Positions 8,501 to 18,261 of a stretch of 64,000 nt of DNA are shown piece after piece (position 1 is the first letter of the stretch; each line of letters starts with the position of its first letter). Under the pieces are notes generated by a model. The model was given only the letters and a program-made list of their open reading frames with translations, ran no database searches and had not been told where the DNA came from. Source of the DNA: an uncultured bacterium (GTDB lineage Bacteria; Patescibacteriota; Patescibacteriia; UBA9570; XYC2-FULL-38-9); NCBI GenBank assembly GCA_937996685.1, contig CALKUP010000001.1, positions 45,322-109,321 of the forward strand, in the 5' to 3' direction. The translations under genes were made by a program, and so were the position numbers.

Positions 8501-11236
8501 TTACGCGACGTCCGTCAATTCGCCCCAATTTTCTCCAACTTCAGCATCGACTGTTAACGGAACATTGAGTTCAACAGCGTGTTCCATGATTTTTTTAATT
8601 TTCGCAGTCTCTGATTTGACTTTGTCTTTTTTCACTTCAAACACAAGTTCATCGTGCACTTGCAGAATCATTGTTGCGTCAATATCGCCAGCGGCAATGG
8701 CTTTGCCAACTGCGATCATCGCGATTTTCATAATGTCTGCCGCTGTCCCTTGAACAGGCATGTTTACGGCCGCGCGTTCTGCGGCTGCTTTGAGCATCGG
8801 ATTTTTTCCTTGAATATCCGGCAGGTTGCGGCGGTGTCCAAATAATGTTTCGGCGTATCCGGATTGTTCTGTTTCCGCTTTAATGCGTTCGATGTATGTT
8901 TGAATGCCGGTGTGGACGGAAAAGTATTTATCAAGAAACACGCGCGCTTCGTCTCGGGAAATTCCGGAGTCACGCATAATGCCTTGCACGCCCATGCCGT
9001 AGAGAATGCCGAAGTTGATGGCTTTTGCAGCGCGACGCATATCTTTTGTCACCTTGTCCATTGGGACATCGTTTAATTCAGCGGCGGTTTTACTGTGAAT
9101 GTCCTCGCCATTTTGAAAGGCTTCTGTCATCACGGCATCGCCAGACAAGTGGGCAACAACCCGAAGTTCAATTTGTGAGTAATCAAGCGCGATGAGCAAA
9201 TTGCCTTTGTCTGCAATAAAGGCTTTGCGGATTTCACGGCCAAGCTCTGTGCGAATTGGAATGTTCTGCAAGTTTGGGTCTGTTGAGCTGAGGCGTCCGG
9301 TTGCGGCGATTGTTTGGTTAAATGACGTGTGAATGCGTCCTGTTTTTTGATTGATCAATGTCGGAAGTGAGTCGATGTAGGTTGATGTCAGTTTTTTTAA
9401 TTCACGAAATTCAGAAATTTTATCAATAATTGGATGCAGTCCGCGTAATTTTTCAAGTTCTGACGCCGCTGTCGAAAGACCAGTTTTTGTCTTTTTGATT
9501 TTGTCCGTTGAGATTTGCAATTTGTCGAATAAAATTTCGGCTAATTGCGCAGGACTTGCAACGTTAAATTCCGCACCAGCCATATCTTGAATTTCTCGAT
9601 TCACAATCGCAATACGTTTGTGTAGTTTTTTACTCATGTCGTGCAAAAATGGCACGTCAATTTTTACTCCCGCTTCTTCAACAGATACCAGGGTTCTCAG
9701 TGTTTCCATTTCAATGTCGAAGAATAATGTTTCATAGCCTTCGCTTGTGATACGTGGAGCAAATCGGTTATACAGGCGCAATGAAAAATCAGCATCTTCA
9801 GCGGCGTACCAGGCAACTTTTTCTACTGCGACATCTGCCATCGATAATTGGTTTTTGCCTTTGCCGATGAGCTCCTCAATGGATTGCATGGTGTAATCAA
9901 ATTCGGCAAACGCCAACGCGTCTAGTGAGTGTCCGCGTCCGCCACCGCTCAAAATGTATGATGCAAGCATGGTGTCGAAAGCGACTCCAGCAACAGCAAC
10001 GCCCGCGCCATGTAAAATTTCAACATCGTATTTAATGTTGTGGCCAGTTTTTTGAATCGCCGGATTTTCTAGAATCGCTTGAATATCTTTCGGAACACTA
10101 ACGGCGCCATTTTTTGTCATGCATGGAATATAGATGCCGTGGCCTTCTTCCCAGGCAATACTAATGCCAACAAGTTCTGCGGCCATTGCATCAACGCCGG
10201 TTGTTTCGGTGTCGATTGCTATCATTGATTGTTTTTCAATGATAGCGCAGACGTCTGCAATGTCTTCAGGAGTTTGAATAAGGCGATAGACAGAATCTTT
10301 ATCGACTGGTTTTTCGTTCACCGCCTCTTCCTCAATGCCGATCGCAAACAAACCTTCTTTTTTTGTAAACCCTGGAAGTGTTTCAATTGTTTTTAGTAAT
10401 GAATGAAATTCCCATGCCCGAAACAAATCGCGAATTTTTGCTTCGTTGTACTGTCCGATTTTTGCAGCACTTGCATCAAACTCAACCGGCGCGTCGCACA
10501 CAATGGTTGCGAGTTCACGCGACATTTCGGCTTGGTCTTGCTGTCCTTCAAGTGCCTTGCGATTCCGTCCGGTAATCTCTTCCAAGTGAGCGTAAATATT
10601 TTCAATTGTGCCAAATGCTTTGAGTAGTTCTGTCGCGCCTTTTTCGCCAATGCCTTTCACGCCTGGAATATTATCAGAGGTATCACCACGAAGTCCTTTG
10701 TATTCGATGACTTGTTCCGGTGTAAATTGATATGCCGCTTCAACAGACGCGCGATCAAATAATTCCATTTCCTTAACCCCTTTTTTCAACCGCAATACTT
10801 TTGTATGCGCGTCGACAAGCTGCAACAAATCCATGTCACCGGTCAAAATAATTGCTTCTTGTTTTTTTGTTTTGGTCGCTTGTTTTGCGATGGTTCCAAT
10901 AAGATCGTCTGCTTCAAATCCAGAGAGCTTGAATACTGGAAAGCCAAATGCTGCAACAACGTCTTCAACGAGCGGGAACTGCGTAATCAAGTCAGCGTCA
11001 GTTTCAGAGCGATTCGCCTTATAGTCTTTGAATTGTTTGTGACGAAATGTTGGGCCTTTTGAGTCAAAACAGACAACGACCTCGTCTGGTTTCATGTCCT
11101 TGAGGGCGTTGATTGTCATTAATAAAAAGCCGTAGACCGCTCCAACCGGTGTTCCGTCAGAAGAGGTAAGTGGAGGGAGGGCGTGATATGCACGGTGAAT
11201 GAGCGCGTGAGCGTCGATAATAAGGAGTTTTTTCAT
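8501..11236 (-). CDS. polA: DNA polymerase I
   Basis: 911 aa. It has an N-terminal 5'-3' exonuclease, a 3'-5' exo region and a C-terminal family A polymerase with motifs RRAAKAINFGILYGM and QVHDELVFE. Confidence 0.9.
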   Translation of the reverse strand: MKKLLIIDAHALIHRAYHALPPLTSSDGTPVGAVYGFLLMTINALKDMKPDEVVVCFDSKGPTFRHKQFKDYKANRSETDADLITQFPLVEDVVAAFGFPVFKLSGFEADDLIGTIAKQATKTKKQEAIILTGDMDLLQLVDAHTKVLRLKKGVKEMELFDRASVEAAYQFTPEQVIEYKGLRGDTSDNIPGVKGIGEKGATELLKAFGTIENIYAHLEEITGRNRKALEGQQDQAEMSRELATIVCDAPVEFDASAAKIGQYNEAKIRDLFRAWEFHSLLKTIETLPGFTKKEGLFAIGIEEEAVNEKPVDKDSVYRLIQTPEDIADVCAIIEKQSMIAIDTETTGVDAMAAELVGISIAWEEGHGIYIPCMTKNGAVSVPKDIQAILENPAIQKTGHNIKYDVEILHGAGVAVAGVAFDTMLASYILSGGGRGHSLDALAFAEFDYTMQSIEELIGKGKNQLSMADVAVEKVAWYAAEDADFSLRLYNRFAPRITSEGYETLFFDIEMETLRTLVSVEEAGVKIDVPFLHDMSKKLHKRIAIVNREIQDMAGAEFNVASPAQLAEILFDKLQISTDKIKKTKTGLSTAASELEKLRGLHPIIDKISEFRELKKLTSTYIDSLPTLINQKTGRIHTSFNQTIAATGRLSSTDPNLQNIPIRTELGREIRKAFIADKGNLLIALDYSQIELRVVAHLSGDAVMTEAFQNGEDIHSKTAAELNDVPMDKVTKDMRRAAKAINFGILYGMGVQGIMRDSGISRDEARVFLDKYFSVHTGIQTYIERIKAETEQSGYAETLFGHRRNLPDIQGKNPMLKAAAERAAVNMPVQGTAADIMKIAMIAVGKAIAAGDIDATMILQVHDELVFEVKKDKVKSETAKIKKIMEHAVELNVPLTVDAEVGENWGELTDVA

Positions 11237-11372
11237 GTATTGATACTAACAGACCGTGTGGATCCGTGCCAGCAATCATTTTTGTGGTGATATTTAGCAG
11301 AGAGTATCGACAAAATCCGCGACGTGCGGTACGGTTGCGGCAACACCGTACCTTACAGTATTGGAGGGTCAA

Positions 11373-12020
11373 ATGGGACGAGGACGCGAATTGCGTAAGC
11401 GCCGCCAGCGTACCCGTACAGGCTGGCAAAGTGTCCCTGTGAGCTGGTCGGAAAACAATGAGCACCACATCGTGCCTCGTTCTCGGATCTTTTACGATCC
11501 AGAACACGGAGACGAAAAACGGATTCAGGTTCTGTGCTACTTCTGGCATACGCTGTGCTGGCACAGACTGTTCGAAAATGCGTTGCCAGGAGAAGTTGTC
11601 GAGGTGTTGATGTTGGCTGCGAAGTCGGCAAAAGACATGACGTTTCGTGGGCAAGTTCATCAGCAGCGCTGGCGCTTGATCAAAGAGGCTCTGTGGCGAA
11701 CGCGTCAAAAAACAGATGCCTTCTTCCGAGCGCAGGGCCGCGCCGCCATCCGATTGCATTTGCGTGACCAAGACATCGAAGACCTGGACCTTGATTTTTC
11801 TTTGTTCCCAAAACGGGAGCAAAAGGATCTTGAGTTCCTTTTCGGAGACACGCTGCGGTCGACGCTCGGTATTCACTGGATGCTTGAGCAAGTAATGCCG
11901 GTCACAGCGATCAAGGCAATGCCGGCGCTGAATCTCCAAAATCTTCGTGACCTCGCAATGAGATGTCATCACAGAGTGATGGCGCATCGCGCAGCACGGA
12001 AGACCGGCCGGGCAGGATAA
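11373..12020 (+). CDS. hypothetical basic protein with an HNH-like nuclease motif, in a GC-rich islet
   Basis: ATG follows a strong SD (ggaggg). SENNEHHIVPRSR...VLCYFWHTLCWH resembles the HNH core (HH-I-x-P-R ... LC..H...H). The segment is GC-rich relative to its flanks. Confidence 0.4.
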   Translation: MGRGRELRKRRQRTRTGWQSVPVSWSENNEHHIVPRSRIFYDPEHGDEKRIQVLCYFWHTLCWHRLFENALPGEVVEVLMLAAKSAKDMTFRGQVHQQRWRLIKEALWRTRQKTDAFFRAQGRAAIRLHLRDQDIEDLDLDFSLFPKREQKDLEFLFGDTLRSTLGIHWMLEQVMPVTAIKAMPALNLQNLRDLAMRCHHRVMAHRAARKTGRAG

Positions 12021-12092
12021 CGGCCCACAACAACAGAGGGGGAACAAGAGGTGATCGGACGGGTCATCTCTTTTTCTTTATATATAGAGTGT

Positions 12093-14348
12093 TTATCGAC
12101 CACGCCGAAATTCATCAGACAGCGCATAAAATACACCGATATCGTCGATGATGTTCAGTGGCTGTAACGGTGGATTCGATGATGGTGTGTTCGATGATGG
12201 TGTGTTCACGTGTGTTGTGTCGAGTTGATCAAAGTCCCATTGTGGTTCTTGAGTCGATTGATGTATATTGCTAGGTGGTTGTGCCTGCTCTGTGCTCGGT
12301 AGTAGTTTGTAATTTTTGAGTACTTGAACGAGGCGTGCAATCCTTTTTCGTTTCAACAAGGCTTGCATTGTGTGATGTTGTTCGATGGTGTTCCAATAGT
12401 TGTAGATGCCAAGCAGTAAAAGGACAAGAAGTAGGATTGCGACAAGAGTTATTTGTATTGGGTGTGCGCGTACGGTATTCCACAAAGAACTGTTCGATTG
12501 AGAATCTTCAGCTGCTTGGTTGCTTGTTGCTGCGCGAAATTTGTTTTGCGCTGCTGTATGCGTTGCCTGGCTCTCAGGCGCACCGACTGTTGCGCTATTT
12601 GCTTGTTCCGTGTCTGCCTGCGCGGATTCTTGCGTGACATCTTGCGCGCTGCGAGGAATGATTTTCCGCACACCGCTGACCTGTTCGACAATTCCGGTCA
12701 CAGAAACACTGCTTCCTTCTTTAAAGTCTTTTGCGCTGACTCCGGCAGAGCTTTTCAGCGCTGCAGAAATTCCGTTTTCTAAATTCCAGGTTGTGCTGGA
12801 TTTGTCGGCAAGGACGCTGCTGGTTTGGACAAGAGTTCCATCGAGTGTTTCGTTGAGTTCGTCAACATTTTTTGGGGCCACCTCCGTTGTTTCTCCGGTG
12901 ATTTGAATGTCGCTGGCCTGGCTGATTTTCACCCGTTTTATACCTCGAGATTCTCCAAGCTCTCCAGAAACCGTTGCCTTGCTTCCAATAGCTAGCTCAG
13001 GAAACAGTTTTGCATATGAATAGATTTGAATGCCGCTGGTTGCGTCTTGCAACATAAAATATTGTGTTCCAAGTTGACCAGGCAGCGCGGTGACAGTTCC
13101 TGAAACGGTTACTTCAGCGCCGTCTTGCAATAGCTTTGCTGCTGCAATGGTTTGTGCAGTGTTTGATTGCAATACGGTTTTTGCTTGTGCGGGTGTAGCA
13201 GTGCTTGGTGTCACGGCTTTTGCAACACCGCCGCCTACCGCTGCTGCTGTTTTTTGTGTGACAACAGATGCCGCGTGGGCACTGTTTGCAGCGCCGGGTG
13301 TCGGGGTTGTTGTCCATGAAAAGCCTGAATGAAATCGAGCGTATGATTGTCCTTCAGCACTCGCAGTGTATTGCACGCTATCAATTGTGCTGCCGAAGGG
13401 GTCAGTAAGGGTAATTGTTTCGCCAGAGTTATTCAGTGAGATTTTCGTTGCGCTTGATTGCAATAACAATAATTCTCCTGCGCCGAGTATCGTGTCTTTT
13501 ATGGTGTAGGTTTTTGCGTCATCGCTCACGCTCCAGTCGCGCAACTGAATATCACTGTCACCGATGTTTGCCAATTCAATCCATTCAGCGTTAGTGTCTG
13601 AGCCGACGGGGTTTGGGAGAAGTTCGTTGATGACAATATCGCTTGATGTTTGTGTTGTTGTTTCTTGTGTGGTTGTTGTTGGGGTAGTGATCTCGGTTGA
13701 AGGAGTATTATTTGTGGGCGCGGTTGTTTCTGTTGTCGCGGCGACTGTGTCTTGCTGCGTGGTTGCTGCTGCAGCTGTAAAAATATTTGCGCTGCCAGCA
13801 GTCGGTGTCGGCGTGAATTCCCAGGTCGTTAATCCGTTTGGTTGCGCAAGGTGTTTTGACCATGACGCTCCGGACAGTGCGGTTTCGTACGTTGTTTGAT
13901 CAAGCGCAACTCCGGAAGCATTAGTTAATACAATCGTGTCGCCGCCGTTGTTTAAAAATATTTTCGTGACGCTAAACGGCAATGCAAGATATGAGTGCGC
14001 TGCGAGTGATGTTGACTCGACCGTGCTTTCTGAAAGCGTGAACGCTTTTCCAGAAGCGTCGGTGAGCGTGAGGTCAGAAATTGAAACAGCAGAATTATTC
14101 GGATTGTAGATTTCAATAAACTCTTCTTGTCCGGTTGTCGGAGCAGGGTAGAGTTCGCTGATTTGAATGGCGGTCGTTGTTTCTGTTGGGATAGCTGCAG
14201 ACTCAGTCGTTATTGGCGGAGTTTGGACAACAGCGCCAGTTGTTTCATCGACATACTGACATTGTAAAATAACAGCGCTGGCAGACGTTGGGATGCATGC
14301 GCCTATAATAATGAAGACTGCGAGCAGTTGCGCGACAGTGCGTTGCAT
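12093..14348 (-). CDS. cell-surface protein with two lamin-tail domains, a Thr-rich linker, an OB-fold-like segment and a C-terminal TM anchor
   Basis: Signal peptide MQRTVAQLLAVFIIIGACIPTSASA. The two LTD motifs are ISELYPAPTTGQEEFIEIYN and INELLPNPVGSDTNAEWIELAN. The linker is Thr-rich (TTETTAPTNNTPSTEITTPTTTTQETTTQT). VSGTVTALPGQLGTQYFMLQDATSGIQIY matches the OB-fold seen in extracellular nucleic-acid-binding proteins. There is a C-terminal TM helix and a cytoplasmic tail containing an NTPSS repeat. Confidence 0.7.
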   Translation of the reverse strand: MQRTVAQLLAVFIIIGACIPTSASAVILQCQYVDETTGAVVQTPPITTESAAIPTETTTAIQISELYPAPTTGQEEFIEIYNPNNSAVSISDLTLTDASGKAFTLSESTVESTSLAAHSYLALPFSVTKIFLNNGGDTIVLTNASGVALDQTTYETALSGASWSKHLAQPNGLTTWEFTPTPTAGSANIFTAAAATTQQDTVAATTETTAPTNNTPSTEITTPTTTTQETTTQTSSDIVINELLPNPVGSDTNAEWIELANIGDSDIQLRDWSVSDDAKTYTIKDTILGAGELLLLQSSATKISLNNSGETITLTDPFGSTIDSVQYTASAEGQSYARFHSGFSWTTTPTPGAANSAHAASVVTQKTAAAVGGGVAKAVTPSTATPAQAKTVLQSNTAQTIAAAKLLQDGAEVTVSGTVTALPGQLGTQYFMLQDATSGIQIYSYAKLFPELAIGSKATVSGELGESRGIKRVKISQASDIQITGETTEVAPKNVDELNETLDGTLVQTSSVLADKSSTTWNLENGISAALKSSAGVSAKDFKEGSSVSVTGIVEQVSGVRKIIPRSAQDVTQESAQADTEQANSATVGAPESQATHTAAQNKFRAATSNQAAEDSQSNSSLWNTVRAHPIQITLVAILLLVLLLLGIYNYWNTIEQHHTMQALLKRKRIARLVQVLKNYKLLPSTEQAQPPSNIHQSTQEPQWDFDQLDTTHVNTPSSNTPSSNPPLQPLNIIDDIGVFYALSDEFRRGR

Positions 14349-14468
14349 AAAAAAATATCCTTCTAGTGCGAGAAGCGCCTGAAGGATGTGTCGGGTCTAT
14401 TGTGCAATACTGTTTCGTGGCTGTCAATTGGTTGACGCTGGCCCGTGATCCATCTATTCTTGCAGATA

Positions 14469-16381
14469 TGTTGAATCATTCTTTTGTTCGTCGTGCGTCA
14501 TTTTTTCTTTCGGTGGTGTTTTTGATATCCGCGATTGCGCGCGTCGGGCTTTTTTGGAAAACAGAAATAGCGAATCAAGTCTTGGTTGGAGCATTAGTGC
14601 TTGGTTTATGCGCGGCGTTAATTGTCGGAAGAAAGCGTCAGATCACGATTCACATGCTACCAACGCTCTACGGCTTTGCGGTTCTTGAATTAGTGAACAC
14701 AGCTCGTGTGTTATGGCCGAGTCTGTTGCCACAAAAGCAGCTTATTGGGATGTTGCTTGGAACAACAGAGTCTGCTGGTATGTTGTCATTTCTTGGGGTG
14801 ACTGCGCTTGTGCTCGGAGTGTCGTACACACTGTCTGATGTTTTTATGCAGGTGTGTACAGGTGCGACGCCTCGCCGGTGGCTGACTGTGTTTCAGCGGC
14901 GCCCATTCTTTTTTGCTTTGCTCTTTTCGTTTGTGCTCACGAGTGTGTATAGCATTGACCTTGCGCTTCGACACGCAGCGTTTACAGCAACGGTCTATGA
15001 CTTCGGGATTTTTGATCAAGCGCTCTATATGCTATCGCGCGGTGCAACGGGTTCAACAACGCGTCAGTTTACAAACATCTTTTTTGACCACCAGCATTTT
15101 TCTTTAGTGCTGCTCACACCACTGTATTGGATCGGACGGGGACTACATGGATACACGCTGCAGATTCTAACGCCATTTTTGTTGATTTTTTTTCCATCTG
15201 TGGTGACTTTTTATATTGCGCAAACATTCGCAGCTCTGCGTGGGCTGGATATTAAAAAACCGTATTGGGTTATTCCGACGACGAGTCTGTTGTTGTGGTT
15301 GCATCCATATACGCAATCCGCGATCGGATTTTATTTTCATGAAAAATACCTCATGCCATTGGTATTCACTGGCTTTTTATATACAGTCGTCTCTTTTGTG
15401 CATGCGCCAACCTGGCGCTGGTTCGCTGGAATGTGCACATTCGCGCTTCTCTGGTCTGGGATAAAAGAAGATCAGTGGTTGTTTGTTTTTGTGTGTGTAT
15501 TGCAGTGCGGTGTTGCGACGTGGTTGCATGCAGGCGTTCGATCAGCCGTGAACCGTTTCCGTGTGCTAGGGGTCTCTGCAGTTGCTGTTGTGCCGCTTGT
15601 GTACGCCGGTTTTTTGAGTTGGTTTCACACCCAATCAACCAATGGCCAATATGTGCATTTGTATTCCCATCTTGGTCTTGCGGCTCGGCAGTGTTTTGTT
15701 GAATTGAATCCAGCAGCGGCGTTGCAGACATTAAAGCTCATGGATGATGTAAACATCTATCAATATCAACATTTATTGACGCTTGATCTATTCGGCGTAA
15801 TTGTCTTTCCGTTGAGTGTGCTCGGCAATTACGCGGAGCGGTTGCTTGCGGAAAGCCCTTCATTAAAAAATCCAATTTTTCATTATGGCGTTGATGTGCC
15901 AATCTATTCTGCTGTTGGGTTTGTGTTGCTTCTGTTGTTATTGCAAAAACATCTGCCCGCTCTATCACGCCGTGTCCATTTTTTTGGTATCACACTCGCA
16001 CTTGTTGGTTTTTCAGCGCTGCTTGGCTGGAACGCTATTTATTATCTCGTGCCAACAATGCAACGCGATGTTGTTCGATTTGTTGAAACTCGGTCAGAGC
16101 GAGTATCTGTTGCAGAGACAGCAAGGCGTATTCCTGCTGACGCATCGCTTGTGGTGTCTGATGGTTGGGCGACGCATTTCACGGCCCGCACGTCTGTTGC
16201 GCAATGGCCAGAAGTCTTGCAATTACCAGAAGGCACGCCTGGCAAAAATGCTCTCGCTACTTTTGATTATTGGCTTTTGCGTAGAAGTGACGCAACGACC
16301 GCGGCGCAAGTGCAGTTGCTGGTCGATTCAGGATATCAAATTATCGAAGAAACTGAATTTGCTTTTCTTGTGCAGCGATAG
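14469..16381 (+). CDS. DUF2079-family polytopic membrane protein, GT-C-like
   Basis: Many TM segments and the motif YDFGIFDQALYMLSRG that I associate with DUF2079. The start is uncertain; the track ORF begins at GTG 14366 and the first ATG in frame is at 14469. Confidence 0.6.
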
Positions 16382-16441
16382 CATTCTCTGTTTTGACGAA
16401 TTTGTGAAATCGCGATAGGCTGTTTGAACGTTTCCGCTTCT

Positions 16442-16526
16442 GCCGGAGTGGTGAAATTGGTATACACGCTTGCCTTAGGAGCATGTGGAGAAATCCGTGG
16501 AGGTTCGAGTCCTCTCTCCGGCACCA
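16442..16526 (+). tRNA. tRNA-Leu (anticodon UAG), long variable arm, CCA encoded
   Basis: Hand-folded cloverleaf. Acceptor is GCCGGAG/CTCCGGC. D-stem is GTG/CAC. The anticodon loop is CTTAGGA, and the anticodon stem has one U-U mismatch. The variable arm is GGA-GAAA-TCC and the T-loop is GGTTCGAGTCC. The antisense ORF translates to the typical PERGLEPP artefact. Confidence 0.8.
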
Positions 16527-16858
16527 AATATCGTACGCAGTATTGTAATAAAAAAACGAGCCTGAGCAATCGTCACGTTGTGGGTCTAGTAGGCTATGAG
16601 CCAATAGACGAACGCAATGATTACGCAGGCCAAGAAAGCGATGGTCTTTTTGTACTCCATCGCTTCAATGACGACGAGTCCAATAAAATTCAGAGCGAAC
16701 CACCCACACTGCTCAAGATCCTCAGAGGTCATGGGATTCTCCGTGTTGCTGCAAAGTGCGTCTGAAGGCATTTTCAGTTGGCGCGACTGTAGCAAAATCA
16801 GGCTAATTGTCAACTTCTTTTGTGAGCCGGATCTTGTGTCGTGTGGTATTATTTTTAT

Positions 16859-17398
16859 ATGAAATACGTCGCACTGCTCCGCGGAATTAACGTTGGAGGA
16901 AATAACAAGGTCGAGATGAAGAAATTGAAAGCACTTTTTGAGTCTCTTGGTTTTGATGATGTTGTGACCTATATCAATTCTGGCAATGTTGTATTTGGGT
17001 CAAAAAAGGTTAGTCCAAAAACCCTGGCGAAAAAAATTGAAACAGCGATTGAAAATGAATTTGGGTTTACGGTTGCTGTGCTCGTGCGTGACGAAAAAAA
17101 TATCGCAACGGTTGCAAAGAAGATTCCGGCGGCATGGGTGAATAATGCTGAAATGCGAACTGATGTATTATTTTTATGGAGCGAGATTGATAACCCAAAG
17201 ATTGTGAAAGAGTTTGAGGTGAACGCAGGTATCGAACATCTGAAATATATTGATGGGGCAGTGGTGTGGAATATCAAAAAGAAGGATTACAATAAAAGTC
17301 GCGTACCGAAAATCATGTTGCGGAAAGATGTCTATAAAAACATCACCATTCGAAATGTGAATACTCTGCGAAAGTTGAATGATTTGCTGGCGAAGTAA
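16859..17398 (+). CDS. DUF1697-family protein
   Basis: MKYVALLRGINVGGNNKVEMKKLKALFESLGFDDVVTYINSGNVVF matches the DUF1697 hallmark. Start is at the internal ATG of track ORF 16841..17398. Confidence 0.75.
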   Translation: MKYVALLRGINVGGNNKVEMKKLKALFESLGFDDVVTYINSGNVVFGSKKVSPKTLAKKIETAIENEFGFTVAVLVRDEKNIATVAKKIPAAWVNNAEMRTDVLFLWSEIDNPKIVKEFEVNAGIEHLKYIDGAVVWNIKKKDYNKSRVPKIMLRKDVYKNITIRNVNTLRKLNDLLAK

Positions 17399-17406
17399 AT
17401 AAAAAA

Positions 17407-17430
17407 CCCGGAACATGTCCGGGCTTTTTA
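17407..17430. terminator. bidirectional rho-independent terminator
   Basis: cccgga-acatg-tccggg hairpin with an A6 run upstream and T5 downstream, between convergent genes. Confidence 0.75.
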
Positions 17431-17447
17431 CAACGCCAAAGGCTGTA

Positions 17448-18146
17448 TTAAAACGCAAAACTTTTATAGAAGGCTTCAAAATCTTTGTCTGTTGCGCCGC
17501 CGTCCATAATTTCAAATGTCTTGCCGTTTTTTTCAAGATAAATCGCTGTTGTCTGCACTGCAGTGTCACCGCTAGTCACAGTCACCTTGGCTCCTTTTAA
17601 TGAGCCGACGGTGATGTCTTCTTTTTTTTCTTTACGGTCTTTTGCTGATTTTGATAATTCTGGAATCAGGTCAGCGGCTTTTTTTGAACTATAAATAGAA
17701 ACAAACCATTCGCCTTCATATCCGTCTTCATCTTTTGAGTCTGTGAGACCAAATGGATAAAAACCCAACTCTTCTTTGTCGCTCAAAAACTCTGTGCCTT
17801 TTGGAAGTTTCACAGAAAAGCCGTACTTGTCGTTTTTGTATGTACTACTCGCCGCTGTTTCTGTCGCGGTGTTTGTATTTTTATTCGCGTTGCTTGTTGT
17901 GTTGGTGTTTGCGTTGCTATTTTCGTTATCGTTTTTCGTGGTGTTTGTATTCTTGTTACTATTTTTATTCGCGTTCTTATTGCTGTTTTTATTTGTCACA
18001 TTGATCATGACGTCGTCGTTTGTGACATTTGTGTTACTTTTCGTGTCTGTGTCGCTGTTTTTGCCAATGAGTAAATATGCGATGACGCCAATCAATACAA
18101 CCATGACAAGTCCCATGATAATAAGAAGTGTTTTTTGATTCTTCAT
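17448..18146 (-). CDS. membrane-anchored Asn/Lys/Thr-rich low-complexity protein
   Basis: N-terminal TM or signal-anchor segment (LLIIMGLVMVVLIGVIAYLLIG). It is followed by about 90 aa of NKN/NTN repeats and then a C-terminal region of roughly 120 aa that looks globular. Confidence 0.55.
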   Translation of the reverse strand: MKNQKTLLIIMGLVMVVLIGVIAYLLIGKNSDTDTKSNTNVTNDDVMINVTNKNSNKNANKNSNKNTNTTKNDNENSNANTNTTSNANKNTNTATETAASSTYKNDKYGFSVKLPKGTEFLSDKEELGFYPFGLTDSKDEDGYEGEWFVSIYSSKKAADLIPELSKSAKDRKEKKEDITVGSLKGAKVTVTSGDTAVQTTAIYLEKNGKTFEIMDGGATDKDFEAFYKSFAF

Positions 18147-18261
18147 AAAATGATAAATAATTTTTCTTAGTATAGCATTAAATGGTCTTGCTGTAATAGA
18201 TGTTGCTTGTTTTGATATAAATGTGTTAAGAGATGTAATTGCACGTTAATAGGGGAAGGCA

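Noticed and set aside
11157-12047. 296-aa minus-strand ORF overlapping the HNH-like gene
   Set aside because: It is a GC-rich antisense frame with no SD or motif. The + strand ORF has a strong SD and an HNH-like core.
12150-12215. Short tandem repeat (cgatgatggtgtgtt x2)
   Set aside because: It lies inside the LTD-protein gene and simply encodes the NTPSS-NTPSS repeat of its cytoplasmic tail. It is not an independent element.
16586-16813. 75-aa minus-strand ORF with a hydrophobic C-terminus between tRNA-Leu and the DUF1697 gene
   Set aside because: There is no SD or promoter support. It overlaps a similarly sized + strand ORF. The region is more likely a promoter or leader for the DUF1697 gene. 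It is kept only as a possible small membrane protein.
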